Positions 1 to 14,834 of a stretch of DNA of 36,491 nt are shown one piece after another. This DNA comes from Octopus sinensis. Its lineage: Eukaryota. How positions within the stretch are numbered: position 1 is the stretch's first letter; the number at the start of each line of letters is the position of its first letter. Both the position numbers and the translations under genes were made by a program. The stretch lies in NCBI RefSeq assembly GCF_006345805.1, contig NW_021824666.1, positions 1 through 36,491 on the forward strand. Direction: 5' to 3'. Below the pieces are notes generated by a model. The model saw nothing but the letters and a program-made list of their open reading frames with translations. It was not told where the DNA came from and made no database searches.

Positions 1-918
1 CAGAGGGGATGTGAACACACTTTTATACTGTTCCTTTAGTATTTCACTTATCCTTGGGGTCCTCAGTTAGAGAGCCCTTTTTATCAAAGAGTGGGCCAAT
101 CTTGCAGTGTACCGAGGTGGTTCTTTCGCAAATTTAAAGAAGGCTTTAGGGTTTGTTTTAATATTCTCTACGGCCCTGGCCTCTCTCTCTGCCCTCTCCT
201 TCTCATAGGAAAGTTTGAGTGCAGTTTCCGTTTCAAAAAGTTTCAGGTGGAGTCCCTCATTGTTTCTCTGCCGTGCATTCAGTTGCTTCGAGAGCTTAGC
301 TCTTCGCCTCATAAGTATTTTCCTGTCTCTGGGAATAACGTTCCTATGCCCGCCGGCCCTTTTCTCCGGGACAACTTATGGCATATGTTCTGTATTGTTG
401 TCATGAAATGTTGGAAATGTGTGTTGGTGTCTTGTGTGGTGATGAAGTCACTCCAGTCATGTTTTCGGATCTCTTCGTTGATCTTCTTCCAGTTTGCCTT
501 ATGGAAGTTTAGACTGGATAGGCCTGTGGTATTTTCTAATGGTTGCGTCTCAACTAACTCTCTCATACCATATATCATTACCTCTACTAAGTTGTGGTCT
601 GAGAGAATTGTCGGTGTCACCACCACGTTGTGGATGAGCATCGGGTTGCTTGTGAAACAGAGGTCCAAGACATTCTCCCTCTTGTTGGCCAAGCACTGCT
701 TGCTCCATGAAAAACTTGCGTGTGAGAGCCAACAAGGACTCTGTCTGTCTCTGTTCAAGTGATGTCATTCCAGGGAGGAGATGGCCATCTGCCATTTGAA
801 TTTCGGAGGTTAAAATCTCCCAGCAGTAGAATGGTGTTACCCTGGTCCAGTTTGTCCAGGACTTCTTCTATTCTTCTGAGGCTATCTTCAAACACTCCTT
901 CATGACTAGGGGTGTCTG
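1..918 (-). mobile_element. Decayed CR1/Jockey-like LINE ORF2 fragment (APE endonuclease C-terminal half plus linker), frameshifted
   Basis: The minus-strand frames give APE motifs [17 protein letters not shown] and SDHNLV. These are followed by the linker FHKANWKKINEEI..DW and IKTNPKAFFKFAK, typical of CR1-type ORF2. Homology stops at the TA run near 919, where YRPP would be expected. Confidence 0.8.
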
Positions 919-3545
<2,627 letters not shown>

Positions 3546-3549
3546 TGTA

Positions 3550-3720
3550 TATATAAAACAGGCTTCTTTTAGTTTCCATCTACTAAATCCACTCAAAAAG
3601 CTTTGGTTGGCCCAACACTATAGTAGAAGTTACAAGCCCAAGGTACCATGCAGTGGGACTGAACCCAGAACCCTGTGGCTGGGAAGCAAGCTTCTTACCA
3701 CACAGCCATCTCTGCACCTA
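3550..3720 (-). mobile_element. tRNA-type SINE, family A (5' part), pointing into the TA array
   Basis: Reverse complement of the head seen at 10558, 13346 and 35410, with A-box-like TGGCTGTGTGG, B-box-like GGGTTCAGTCCC and body ending GGAAACTAAAAGAAGCC. Confidence 0.8.
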
Positions 3721-3898
3721 TCTTTTCTACTAAGGTCAGAAATTTTTAGGGCGCGGGCTACTGAATTATATTGACCCTCGGTGTTTAACCATTACTTATC
3801 TTATCAAAATTAAAAAGGATGAAAGACACAATCTAAAGAGCCCAGAGAAACACTGCTAAGCATGTTGCCCAAGCTGGTAACACTGCCATCTCACAGCC
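3721..3898 (-). mobile_element. Degraded SINE, family B
   Basis: Shares AAAGGATGAAAG, CTAAGCAT and the TCTTTTCTACT end with the minus copies at 10262 and 32655. Confidence 0.5.
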
Positions 3899-4757
3899 TT
3901 TACACTATCTCCCCTTCTCTCTCTCTCTCTCACACACACACATACATACACACACATCCCAATCATCTTACTTTACCCTGCCTCATCACCCTGCCTAGAA
4001 TCATTGCATCTTATCTCTTCTGCTTCACCTCAGTTATAGGAAGCACTTTAGTTCTCTTGATTTGCCATTTACAAAGTGATTTTCACTGGTGCTGGTACCA
4101 TGAAAAAATACTCCCAGTACAATTTGTAATCTAAGGTGTCCACAAGTAAAAACCATGCCTAGGTGGATATTTGAATGTGATGTACTCCTCCAACTCCTGT
4201 TTATCATTCAAACCATGGTGGCATGAACTTGGCAGTTAAATATTGCTGTATGTGAGCTTATAGTATTCAGTGCTCAGGTGCACTACAATGCCTCAGAAAA
4301 CGGTAAAAGGGGGCACAGAAATCTCATGAAGTAAAGAAGAGCAAGACTGCAATGTAAGCCAAAAGTATTAAAGTATATGCATATTACATATATACAGCTT
4401 TGAATTTATGCATAAACTGGCATTGCAAACAGAGTTGGTACAGAAACAATTGTAATTAATGAATCATTGAAGATATATATATATATATGTTTCTGTATAT
4501 TGTGTGTGTATGTGTATACATATATATATATATGTATACACATACACAAATGGAGAAAACCTCAGATTAACAAACACATTGATTAGACCACATTTATAGT
4601 TTATTTTTTAATACAAAGCATGACACAACAAATAGGTGACATGACAAATCTTACACCCATTTCTGATCCATTGCCAAATGCTGTCTATAAATAATTGTGG
4701 CAATAAAGTTCTTCATCTTCATAGGACATTTGAATTAAAACATGGTGCTTCATCAGA

Positions 4758-7634
4758 GTAAAAGGTAGGTCTGGCGAGATTGTTGAGTTGTTTGAATGGA
4801 GGTGTGCTGGTATGTGCTGCATTCAAGAAGTGATGTGGAGAGGAGGTTCTGCTAGGTTCCTCACAGGCAAAGAACACAGGTACAAGATTTTCTGGGCAGG
4901 GAACACTGACGGGGTTGGGAGTGTGGGTATACTTATCACTGAAAAATGGGTAGATAAGGTAATTGAAGTAGTCAGAGTATGCGACAGAATACTTAATATT
5001 AGATTATTGCTTCATCATGGATTAGCAACCATTATATCGGCCTATGACCCTCAGCCAGGGCTACTCGATGGACAGAAAGACCGATTCTATGACACCCTAC
5101 TGCAGACTACCTCATTGACGAATGACAGAGACCTTCTCATTGTGGCTGGGGACTTCAACGGGCATGTTGGATGACATGCTGAGGGCTTCCATGGTGTACA
5201 TGGAGGCTACGGGTATGGTTCCTGCAACGAGGAGGGAACCAGGCTGCTGGAGTTCTGCGATGCGAATAGTCTTATGGTTTGCAACACTAACTTCAGGAAA
5301 CTTACCAGCCACCTAGTCACCTACCGATTGGGCCGACATACTAGCCAAATTGACTACATCCTTGCCAGAAACAGGGAAAATGGCTACTTATAAATGCCAA
5401 AACCTCCCCAGGCGAAGAATGTACCCCACAACATAGACTGGTAGTTAGTGACTTTAGGATCAGGACTAAGAGGACGACTAGAAGACGACCAACATGGAGA
5501 AGAAGGGTCTGGAAGCTTAAAGACTCTGCGAATGGACAGAGATTTAGAGACATATTACTTGACACCTTTGACGAAATAGAAGGGGATATAGCTTCACACA
5601 GGGTAGAAGACAACTGGAGGTCTCTAAGGGACAACCTGCTGAGAGCCACCGACCAGATCTGTGGTTGGTGCAAAGTCCCCTCAAGACCCAAAATAACGTT
5701 GTGGTGGAACAATATTGTTGACAGGGCTATTAGACAAAAGAAACAGGCTTGGAAGGACTAGAAGAGCGGTGGTAGCAAGGAAGTGTATCAGACTGCCAGA
5801 AGGGAGGCTAGGACGCAGGTGTATTTAGCCAGAGGGGAAGCAGATAAGAAAAAATTTGCCAATGTTCTGCACCATGAGGATGAAAAACTTGAGGTATTTC
5901 GTGTTGCAAGACAGTGTGTGAGAGAGGATCGTGATGTGGTAGGAGAGAAATGTGTTTGCATGGATGATGGTTCACTTGCGCTAGATGAGGATGCAAAGAG
6001 AGAGGTTTGGAGACGCCACTATGAAAGGTTGCTGAATAAAGAAAATGAATGGGATAAAGAGAGTCTGCCGAATGTCGACCGAACAGAGGGACCAGCTATC
6101 CGAGTTGACAGTATCTTGGTAGTTAAGGCAATTAGAAGCATGAAGACAGGGAAAGCCCCAGGCCCATCAGGAATTACTGCAGAGATGCTCAAAATATCTG
6201 GTGGTGTCGGCTATAGCCTAGTTACCCGTATAGTTAACCAGGTGATACACGAAGGAGTCATACCCAATGACTGGTGTAGCAGCACCATAGTCAACTGCTA
6301 CAAAGGTAAAGGTGACGCGTTAGATACAAATAATTACAGAGGTATCAAGTTGCTGGATCAAGTAATGAAGGTCACAGAGAGGGTCATAGCCCAACTAATT
6401 AGAGAGAGAGTCAGTTTACATGAGATGTAGTTTGGGTTCGTGCCAGGAAAAGCACCATTGATGCTATATTCCTGGTAAGACAGCTGCAGGAGAAATACCT
6501 ATCCAAAGATAAACCTCTGTACCTGGCTTTTGTTGACAGGGTCCCCCGATCCCTTATCTGGTGGTCAATGAGGAAACTAGGGATAGATGAATGGTTAGTG
6601 AGAGCTGTGCGAGCCATGTACAGGGACGCTGCTAGTAAGGTGAGGGTTGGCAACGAGTACAGTGAAGAATTCCGGTTAGAGGTAGGGGTCCACGAAGGTT
6701 CAGTCCTCAGCCCCCCTGCTATTTATCATAGTCCTCCAGGCAATAACGGAGGAATTCAAGACAGGATGCCCCTGGGAGCACCTCTATGCTGATGACCTTG
6801 CTCTAATTGCTGAGTCACTATCAGAACTGGAGGAGAAGTTTCAGGTGTGGAAGCAAGGATTAGAATTGAAGAGTCTTAGAGTCAACATAGCTAAAACCAA
6901 AGTCCTAATAAGTAAGAAGGTAGACAAATCACAAACGCCTTCAGGTAGATGGCCCTGCTCGATCTGTAGAAAAGGTGTAGGTAGAAACTCTATAAGATGC
7001 ACCAAGTGTAAGCTATGGACACATAAGAGGTGCAGCAATGTCAAAGGAAGGCTAACTAGGAAGATAGTTTTTGAATGTGACAGATGCTCAGGAGCAATAA
7101 ACACTGAAAATGCACAGAGACCAACTTCTGCCACATTCCAGGTAGAAAAACTAGAAAAACTCTACTTGTGAAGACCTGTTGAGGCAAGTGAGAATCAGAA
7201 TCAAAATCGAAATCAATCAACATCAATGGAAATTGTAGCTGTGATACCAGTGCCGGTGGCACATAAGCGAACCATCTGAACGTGGCCGTTGCCAGTGCCG
7301 CCCCGACGGGCCTCCGTGCCGGTGGCACGTAAAAAGCATCATCCGATCGTGGCCGTTGATAGCCTTGCCTGGTCCCCGTGCTGGTGGGACGTAAAAAGCA
7401 TCATCCGACCGTAGCCGTTTGCCAGTGCTGTCTGGCAACTGTGCCGGTGGCACATAAAAAGCACCCACTACACTCACAGAGTGGTTGACGTTAGGAAGTG
7501 TATCCAGCCGTAGAAACACTGCCAGATCAGACTGGGCCTGGTGCAGCCTTCTGGCTTCCCAGACCCCAATTGAACCGTCCAACCCATGCTAGCATGGAAA
7601 GCAGACGCTAAATGATGATGATGATGATGATGAT
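4758..7634 (+). mobile_element. RTE-clade LINE, near full length but dead (APE + RT + PHD insert, internal deletion, 3' hairpin array, (ATG)n tail)
   Basis: APE motifs CIQEV, AYDPQ, GDFNGHVG and SQIDYIL. RT motifs KAPGPSGITAEMLK, NYRGIKLL, VHEGSVLSP and LYADDL. It has multiple stops and frameshifts and ends in GACGCTAAATGATGATG. About 640 bp is missing at ~7158 relative to the copy at 17877. Confidence 0.92.
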
Positions 7635-8039
7635 ATACATATATATATAGAGAGAGAGATGCACACACACGGATACACATGTAATATATATTATATAATG
7701 CACATACACATGAACACTCAGAGAAAGATATGGAAAGAGCAGAGCAATGTAGCAAGAGGATATGAACTCCTTATTCTGTCGCAGTGGAATTGAGGATTGT
7801 ATCTGTGAGTGGAATTGATTGGGTGGGTGGTGGGGGTGATAGTCTCAGGTTACCTCTGCTGAAGAAATTCCATCAGTGGCGGTGGGCATGGTAGTGCTGA
7901 ATGGAGAGATGGGGAAGGGTTGGGGAGAGTCATATAATCGTAGAATTCAGGTATGCATTAACTATTTTGCTAATGATGATGTCTGTAGGGAGTGTGTGAG
8001 TATGTGTGTTTGTGAGGGAGAGAGAGGGAATTTCTACAA

Positions 8040-8480
8040 ATTTGTGTATGTGTGTGTTTGTATTTATACTGAGCTTGTATATGTGTATGTGTGTGCATGT
8101 GTGTATGTATATGGTATGAGACTTTCTGCAACTTTATGTGTATGCATATGTGTCTATATGTGTATGTGTGTGTATGTGTGCATGTGTATGACGTATATGT
8201 ATGTGTATGTGTGTGTAAGAATGTGTGCCTGTGTGTGCACATATATATGTGTGTGTGTGTGTCTATGTGTGTCTGTGTATTTTGGATATATACACATGCC
8301 ATTGATAATATACACATGAAAGGAGATTGGTTTGGGATGAGAGGAACAAATAGTGAAGGGCGTGGGGCAATAGTGAGGGAGGAGGAGGAGGAGGAACGGA
8401 AGGATGAGAGCGAAGAGGAGGAGAAGGAAGAGGAGCTGAAGCAGGCAAGGGGAGGAGGAGGAGGCAGGAAAAGGGAGAGG
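8040..8480. repeat. (TG/TA)n microsatellite followed by a GA-rich polypurine tract
   Basis: Directly visible low complexity. The poly-Glu ORF here comes from GAG/GAA runs. Confidence 0.85.
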
Positions 8481-8686
8481 AGATTTAGTGTAAAGAATGG
8501 AAGGTGCCAGAGTTTTGAGCATGAAAGGAATCTGTAAGGTACTGGTGTTATGTTTCAGTCTCTCTTGACTGGGCATTATGGCGCTTTGCAAATAACTAAG
8601 TCTGAGACTGAAGCTAAGTAATTTGCATCACATGTAAAATGGTAGATAGATCTTGGATAGGTATGTGAGGGTGTACGTATACACGT

Positions 8687-8717
<31 letters not shown>

Positions 8718-8828
8718 GTTGTATATACATACATACATGCATATAAATATATGCATATATTCTATATGAGTGAGTGGACAAATGAAAGAAAGGGCACTCA
8801 CCACATTTATTGGCAGTTAAATGTATCA

Positions 8829-8944
8829 TTCAAAACGGTTTGATTCAGATTCAATACTACTTCAAGCTTTGGAGGGACAAGAAAGGCTCTGTTAGGGCCT
8901 TCAAAGCTTGAAGTAGCATGGAATCCAAATCAAGCTGTTTTGAA
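8829..8944. repeat. 47-bp imperfect inverted repeat with 22-nt spacer
   Basis: 8829-8875 matches the reverse complement of 8898-8944 at 40 of 47 positions. Confidence 0.9.
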
Positions 8945-9134
8945 TAATGTGTGTGTGTTTGTGTGTGTACATACATACATACATACATACATATGTGTAT
9001 GCATGCATGCATACATATACATGTCTTCTACTATAGCTTTTCAAATTTAGGTGCATTTTCAACAAATTTGCCTATATTTTTTTCCTTCATGAAAATACAC
9101 CCCCTCTTTTGTTACACACACACACACACACACA

Positions 9135-9813
9135 CTAACAATGCATCCTGGCGTTGCCCGGGTGTTATGACCTACAGGCACATTGTATTATTTGCTCCTT
9201 TCTTATGGCCAGAATTGGCACCACTGATATATAGTTAATGGCATAATGGAAGTTATTGTTTGTTTAAAAGTGAAGGAGTGGGGTACAATTTGCGTGGGTT
9301 TGCATGAAAGTGCTTTCTGAAGGATCACAAACTATGTATTGTTTTATCGCATAAAAAGGGGTTAATACGATTTTATAACCCTAGACTGCCCAAAACTTTG
9401 TGATTGGATTTGAAAGACAGAAAAATATAAGTACAATTCTTGTATACCTCTTTAATATATACTAGCACTATGACCCGGCAATGCCAGGTCATAGTGCTAG
9501 TACATGCATATACAGCTGCGTGCATGTGCACATATGCTCGAGTAGTGTCCAAATCTTCGACTAATTACATACAGCTTGCTGGCATATCAAGTTTCGGGCA
9601 TTTTGATTGGGTTTTGGATAGAAAATTCACAAAAAGTCACTTCTATTCATTTTTTAATGGCTTTGGGAAATGTAAAGATGTGCATGACCACCCTTTGACG
9701 GTTTTGAATGACCATAGAAAGTGCGAGCCCTCTAACTGAAAAATTGTGGATTTGTATAAAGGACACACACACACACAAACACACAGACATTTTACTTTTT
9801 ATATATATAGAGA
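9135..9813 (-). mobile_element. Non-autonomous Helitron with two 3'-type termini
   Basis: The minus strand starts A|TCTCTATATATAAAA followed by TGTCTGTG repeats. It ends CCCGGGCAACGCCAGG..GTTAG|T at 9135. A second hairpin plus CTAG|T end lies at 9462. Confidence 0.7.
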
Positions 9814-9957
9814 TACACTCACATACACATACAAGATCTACCATGCCTCTTCATATATGTATGAGCCCTCATATACACAAATAAGATCTACTGTTCTTCT
9901 CCCTTCAAAATTACTGGCATTGTGCCTAAATCAGAAATCATTATTACTGATTGAAAT

Positions 9958-10163
9958 AAGGCGACAAGCTGGCAGAATCATTAGCATAGCAGTATTTTAT
10001 GTATTTTATCTATCTGTACATTCTGAGTTCAAATTCTGCCATGGTTGACTTTGCCTTTCATCCTTTTGGGTTCAATAAAATAAGTACCAGTTGAGTACTG
10101 GGTTCGATGTATTCAACTATTCCTCTCCTGCAAATTTCAGGACATGTGCCTATAGTAGAAAGT
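9958..10163 (+). mobile_element. SINE family B
   Basis: AAGGCG..GCTGGCAGAATC head, GAGTTCAAATTC B-box-like motif, CCTTTCATCCTTTTGGG body and GTGCCTATAGTAGAAAG end. Confidence 0.8.
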
Positions 10164-10261
10164 AGAAAGAATTATTAGTGGTTGAAATATTGTTTTGACA
10201 TTCTGTCTTATATTGATGAAATGACTAACATGCTAGAAGTATTCTAATGGTTACCAATATA

Positions 10262-10470
10262 TTCGTTTTAAATTTTGGCACAAGGTCAGCAAGTTTGGGG
10301 GTGGGTAAGTTGATTTCCTTGACTCCTGTACTCAACTGATATTTATTTTATCGACTCCTGAAAGGATAAAAGGCAAAGTTGACCTCAGTGGAATTTGAAC
10401 TCAGAACACGAAGATGGATGAAATGCTGCTAAGCACTTCATCTGGTGTGCTAAGAATTCTGTCAATTCAC
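10262..10470 (-). mobile_element. SINE family B, inverted relative to the 9958 copy
   Basis: GAAAGGATAAAAGGCAAAGTTGACC and GAATTTGAACTCAGAA are the reverse complement of the family body. Confidence 0.8.
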
Positions 10471-10557
10471 CATCTAAATGATTACCAATACATAGCAATT
10501 GTTTGTAGTGTATTTAATTTTGTTGAATTGTAGGTGCTGGAGGGGCTGAATATGCAC

Positions 10558-10996
10558 AGGTGTGGCTGTGTGGTAAGAAGTTTGCTTCCCAGCCATGTGG
10601 CTCCACTGCATGGCTCTTTAGGCAAGTGTCTTCTACTATAACTTCAGGCTGACCAAAGTTGTGTGAGTGGATTTGGCAGATGGAAACTGAAAGAAGCCCA
10701 TCTTATATGTGCGTATGTGTGAACGAGTGTGTTTGTGTCTCCTTGTCTTGACATCAGGTAATAATTGTAAATGATTGTCACCGCCATACAAGCAGTATCA
10801 CTCAGTTCCAGTATTCTATGGGAATATGTCTGACTATGGAGGAATATTACATGACTTGGAAACAGGTGAAGGTTAGCAACAGGAAGATTCTCTGGCTGTA
10901 GAAAATCTGCTACAAGTAAATTCCATCCGACCCATGCAAGCATGGAAGAATGGATGTTAAATGATGAAGATAGTGATGATGATGATGATGATGATG
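10558..10996 (+). mobile_element. SINE family A with RTE-like 3' tail and (GAT)n end
   Basis: tRNA-like head GGTGTGGCTGTGTGGTAAGAAG. The 3' end (CTGTAGAAAA..CCCATGCAAGCATGGAAG..GTTAAATGATG) resembles the RTE LINE ends in this window. Confidence 0.8.
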
Positions 10997-11632
10997 TAGT
11001 AAGGGGTTGTTGGAAAAGCATTTGTAAAATAAATGGAGCAATAGTTAAAAAATGTCTGAGAAGCTTGTGGTGTGGAGAGAAGAAACTAAATACCATAGAA
11101 CGTTTAGTTGAATGTGTTATTAGTTCTGCACCAACCCCACTGACTTTTTGTGTTAGAATAAAACTGAATAAAAACAAAAAGACAAACAAAAGACACTAAA
11201 AGCTACATTGACCAAACAGCTATCTATGTAGGACATCAAAAAGTACTTTAATCAGACCTGAACATACAATTTCAAACTCGAGCATAAAACCTACTTTCTC
11301 AAATTTTTTTTTGTATATACAATCATATTAATGTTTGTATTTATTTATTTATGATTTTACTTCAACATAAACATCCTTAGCTAAGATTTTATGTTTAAAA
11401 TCTCCCTGGGGGTATTTGCTATAAAACATCCAATAAGACTCAAATACCAGTTAACTGACATAAGATTTGATTAATGTCTTACCACTAGATTAATATTTTA
11501 GAATTTTATTGTTGACACTGTTATTGCCATAAATTTTCTAGACTTGTTTTTTTTTTTCCTGAAAACATTCAGTCAATATATTATCTTAATTGTTTCTTAT
11601 TAATATTAATATTATTATTAATATTACATAAT

Positions 11633-12066
11633 AAAGTAAGTCAGCAAACTGATAGAATTGTTAGCATTCCAGGCAAAATGCTTAGCAGTATTTCATCTGT
11701 CTTTCCGCTATGAGTTCAAATTCCACTGAGGTGACTTTGTCTCTTTCATCCTGTAGAGGTTGATAAAATAAGTACCAACTGAAAACTGGGATCAATGTAT
11801 TGACTTTCTCCTCCCCTAAAATTGCTGAACTTGTGACAAAATTTGAAACCAATATTACATACTAATGTAGTGAGCTGGCAGAATCCATACAAAAATACAT
11901 AGCAAAATTTCTTCTGAATCTTTATGTTCTGAGTTCAAATGTCAAGTTTACCTTTCATTCTTTTGGGGTTGGTAAAATAAAGTAACAGCTGAACACTGGG
12001 ATTGATGTAATCAACTTAACCTCTCCTCTTAAAATTGCTGGCTTTGTGCAAAAATTAGAAAGCATT
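11633..12066 (+). mobile_element. Two tandem degraded family B SINEs (11633-11850 and 11864-12066)
   Basis: Each copy has GAGTTCAAAT, TTTCAT(C/T)CT, AAATAAGTA and the AAATTGCTG..TGTG end. Confidence 0.7.
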
Positions 12067-12249
12067 AATATTACACACTTTTTTTGTATTGAGAAGAGAT
12101 ATGTTTCTAATGACCTGGGTTTGTAGCAGAACTTTGAACTCTCCATTTGAACCACTCACTCTAATCTCTCAACATCTTGTATAAAATAACATTCCTCCTT
12201 CCAACTTACTCTCTTATTTGAGAGATCTTTTTAGTCTTTCAAGTTTCAG

Positions 12250-12450
12250 GGTGACCTCACTAGTGCTGGTGCTACAAAAAAAGCACCCAATACATTCTAT
12301 AAAGTGGTTGGCTTAAGGAAAGGCATCCAGCTGTAGGAACCATGCCAAAACTAACATTGGAGCAAGATGTGGATCTCTGACCCATTAGATCATTGTAAAA
12401 TATTCCACCCATGCCAGCATGGAAGATAGACTTGAAAGGATGATGATAAT
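12250..12450 (+). mobile_element. Degraded RTE-type 3' end
   Basis: AAAAAAGCACCCA..AGTGGTTGGC..AGGCATCCAGCTGTAG..CCCATGCCAGCATGGAAG..GATGATG. Confidence 0.65.
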
Positions 12451-12845
12451 GATTATAGTGATACTGAATGGGATGAATTAACATTAATGACTAACTCTGA
12501 TCAAGAAAAGCAAAGCTGACAACTCATAGAATTTTTATAAATGACACTTACTTAAAAGTAAATAGCAATGGGGGAGTGAGACTGGTCACTCATCAGAGAA
12601 ATATACCTTGATTGCTATTTTCAGATCTAAGATGACTAATGATGTATAATGGATTTTAATGAATGAACTCTATATAGCAGTATTGCATGTCTAGTCTAAT
12701 GCACTAAGGAGACAACAGGAGTGAAACAACTAGCTAGACACAGTATTTGACTACAAGCTCATGAAGCTTCTTTACTGCTTGTGTTTTATTGTGCATTTAA
12801 GTAATACACTAAAATTCATTGCATTGCTGTTTACCTAACTATTAG

Positions 12846-12904
12846 GAATAGGCACCAGATTATCTGGGAATGTTATCTGCGAAAGACCATGTTACTCTCT
12901 CAAG
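12846..12904 (+). CDS. Candidate internal exon of an unidentified host gene (alternative acceptor at 12852)
   Basis: Branch-point-like CTAAC, tandem AG acceptors and a CAAG|GTAAAT donor. The 53-nt form is open in all three frames. No product was recognised. Confidence 0.35.
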
Positions 12905-13345
12905 GTAAATTTATCTCTCAATCACTTAACACCATAGAGCTAGAGCTAAGCACTGTCTCCTAAAAGAGCATTAATTCTAAGAAGACTTTTCCTCTGTAAA
13001 TTACTGAACAAAATCAACAGACTTCCTTATTAATTGAAGACTGAGTGATGTGGGGCCAAGAAAGAGGCTTGGCTTCCCAGGAAAAACAAAGCACTCTGGG
13101 ATGGGAAAAACATCTCTAAACATATGGCAAGTGATATTATAAAGAGGTGTGAAATGTAAAAGTGTTAGACATAGTGGTAGCTTTTCAAAGTATAAATGCT
13201 AATGCGCACACTTTTACTCTAAAAGGAATGACTTTCTTATATTTCTTGTTGGAATCTAAGTTAATATCCTTCACCTTACCTAACTCTTCCATGTTCAGTT
13301 GGTAAATAATACATACAATTTTCTGTATGTGTATTCCTGAAGGTA

Positions 13346-13620
13346 CAGGTGTGGCCATGTGCTTAAGAAGTTTACTGCCTAACATCATGGTTTTGGGTTC
13401 AGTCCCACTGTGTGGCATCTTGAGCAAGTGTCTACTATTATAGCTTCAGTTTGACTAAAGCCTTGTGAATAGAATTGATAGATGGAAACTGAAAGAAATT
13501 TGTTGTGTGTGTGTGTGTGCGTGTGCGTGTGCGTGTGTGTGTGTTAATGTTTCCTTGTCTTGATATTGTGCGATAGTTGTAAAATGGTTGTCAATGTCAT
13601 ACAAGCAATATCATAGTTTC
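13346..13620 (+). mobile_element. SINE family A
   Basis: GGTGTGGCCATGTG head, GGGTTCAGTCCC, GATGGAAACTGAAAGAA and a (GT)n linker. Confidence 0.8.
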
Positions 13621-14834
13621 ATGATTCCTAACTTTTATAACTTATAGAAAAACTTCTAGAACGTTCAGCAAAACTATTTGGTTGGAATTTCACACAATTT
13701 TCTTTCAAGTGCATCACTTTATTGGTTGCATACCACCCAATACTTATTGTATTGCTTTTTATGGAAATATAGCTAGGTTGTGGTTCTAAATTTGGAATCT
13801 AGGTGAGATGGTTCACAACTAGACGGAGGCCTCATTACATGTTAATTTATTGATTGACAACTGATTCATTGTTTTCAATTTAGATGAAAACTTGATTTAA
13901 TTTTATATTAGACTTCAGCATGAAGTTATTGATTCCAAAATTTGTAGCATTCTGCTGCAAATTTTAGGACATTTCATTTGTAAAATATTGTTCATCTAAC
14001 ATTTCATATTTAATATCACATAACAATATATAATATTGTGACATATGTAAAACTGTTTATTGTATATGTAATTCATTGGAGTGTATTCCTATGTAAAATG
14101 TTGACCTGTATCCCTATCTGATATGACTTGTAGTTTGAAATAAAAGACTAAATATGAAAGTCATAAACTGGGCAAGAATACAAGGTGTAGCACCTATTTT
14201 AGCTGTGATTTGGTTGCCTTTAATACCAGTGCTTATTTCTTGCAATAGAGCCTGTTCGTCAGTTTCTCTGTCCTATCAATTACTCTAAACCCAAATGCAC
14301 ACACACATATACACATACACACAGGCATGCATATATACACATATACAAACAACTGGACTTTCTTACTATACATAGAGATGTGACAAGAGTTTGAAATATG
14401 AGCTTCAAATTTTTAAATATTATCACATAATGCCAATATTATTTTTGATTTTATTAAGAATTTTTGGCAGTGGTAAATTAAAAAAAACACAATACAAAGT
14501 TTGTTCTGTGTTTTGCTGTTGAATAAGAACAAACCAAATACAAAAAACCAAATTCAAAATATATAAAAAAACATCTAGAAGATGCTACATAGGGCAAAGG
14601 GCAAAAGCAGCCATCAAATTTAATGAAAAAGTCAAACAGTTTATAACAATTACTCTTTATCTTTAATGTTACTATTCTTTTACCCTTTTCCTGTGAATTA
14701 TAAGTGAATTTCAGTTATCAAATTTATTTAGTCAAATATATACACATGCACTCTTTTCCAATGTAATCTATGTATGATTATATATCTATGTGCATTCATG
14801 CTGATGAGTGTGTATGTATATATATATATATATA

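Noticed and set aside
91-762. 223-aa + strand ORF
   Set aside because: It is the antisense shadow of the CR1-like ORF2, and the recognisable motifs are on the minus strand.
7815-7840. G-rich run with G-quadruplex potential
   Set aside because: It is short, irregular and in low-complexity sequence with no functional context.
8300-8540. Glu/Gly-rich ORF
   Set aside because: It is a low-complexity GA tract continuous with a TG microsatellite frame.
12570-12596. Minus-strand CTGATGA followed by a small hairpin
   Set aside because: No GAAA follows the stem, so the hammerhead core is incomplete.
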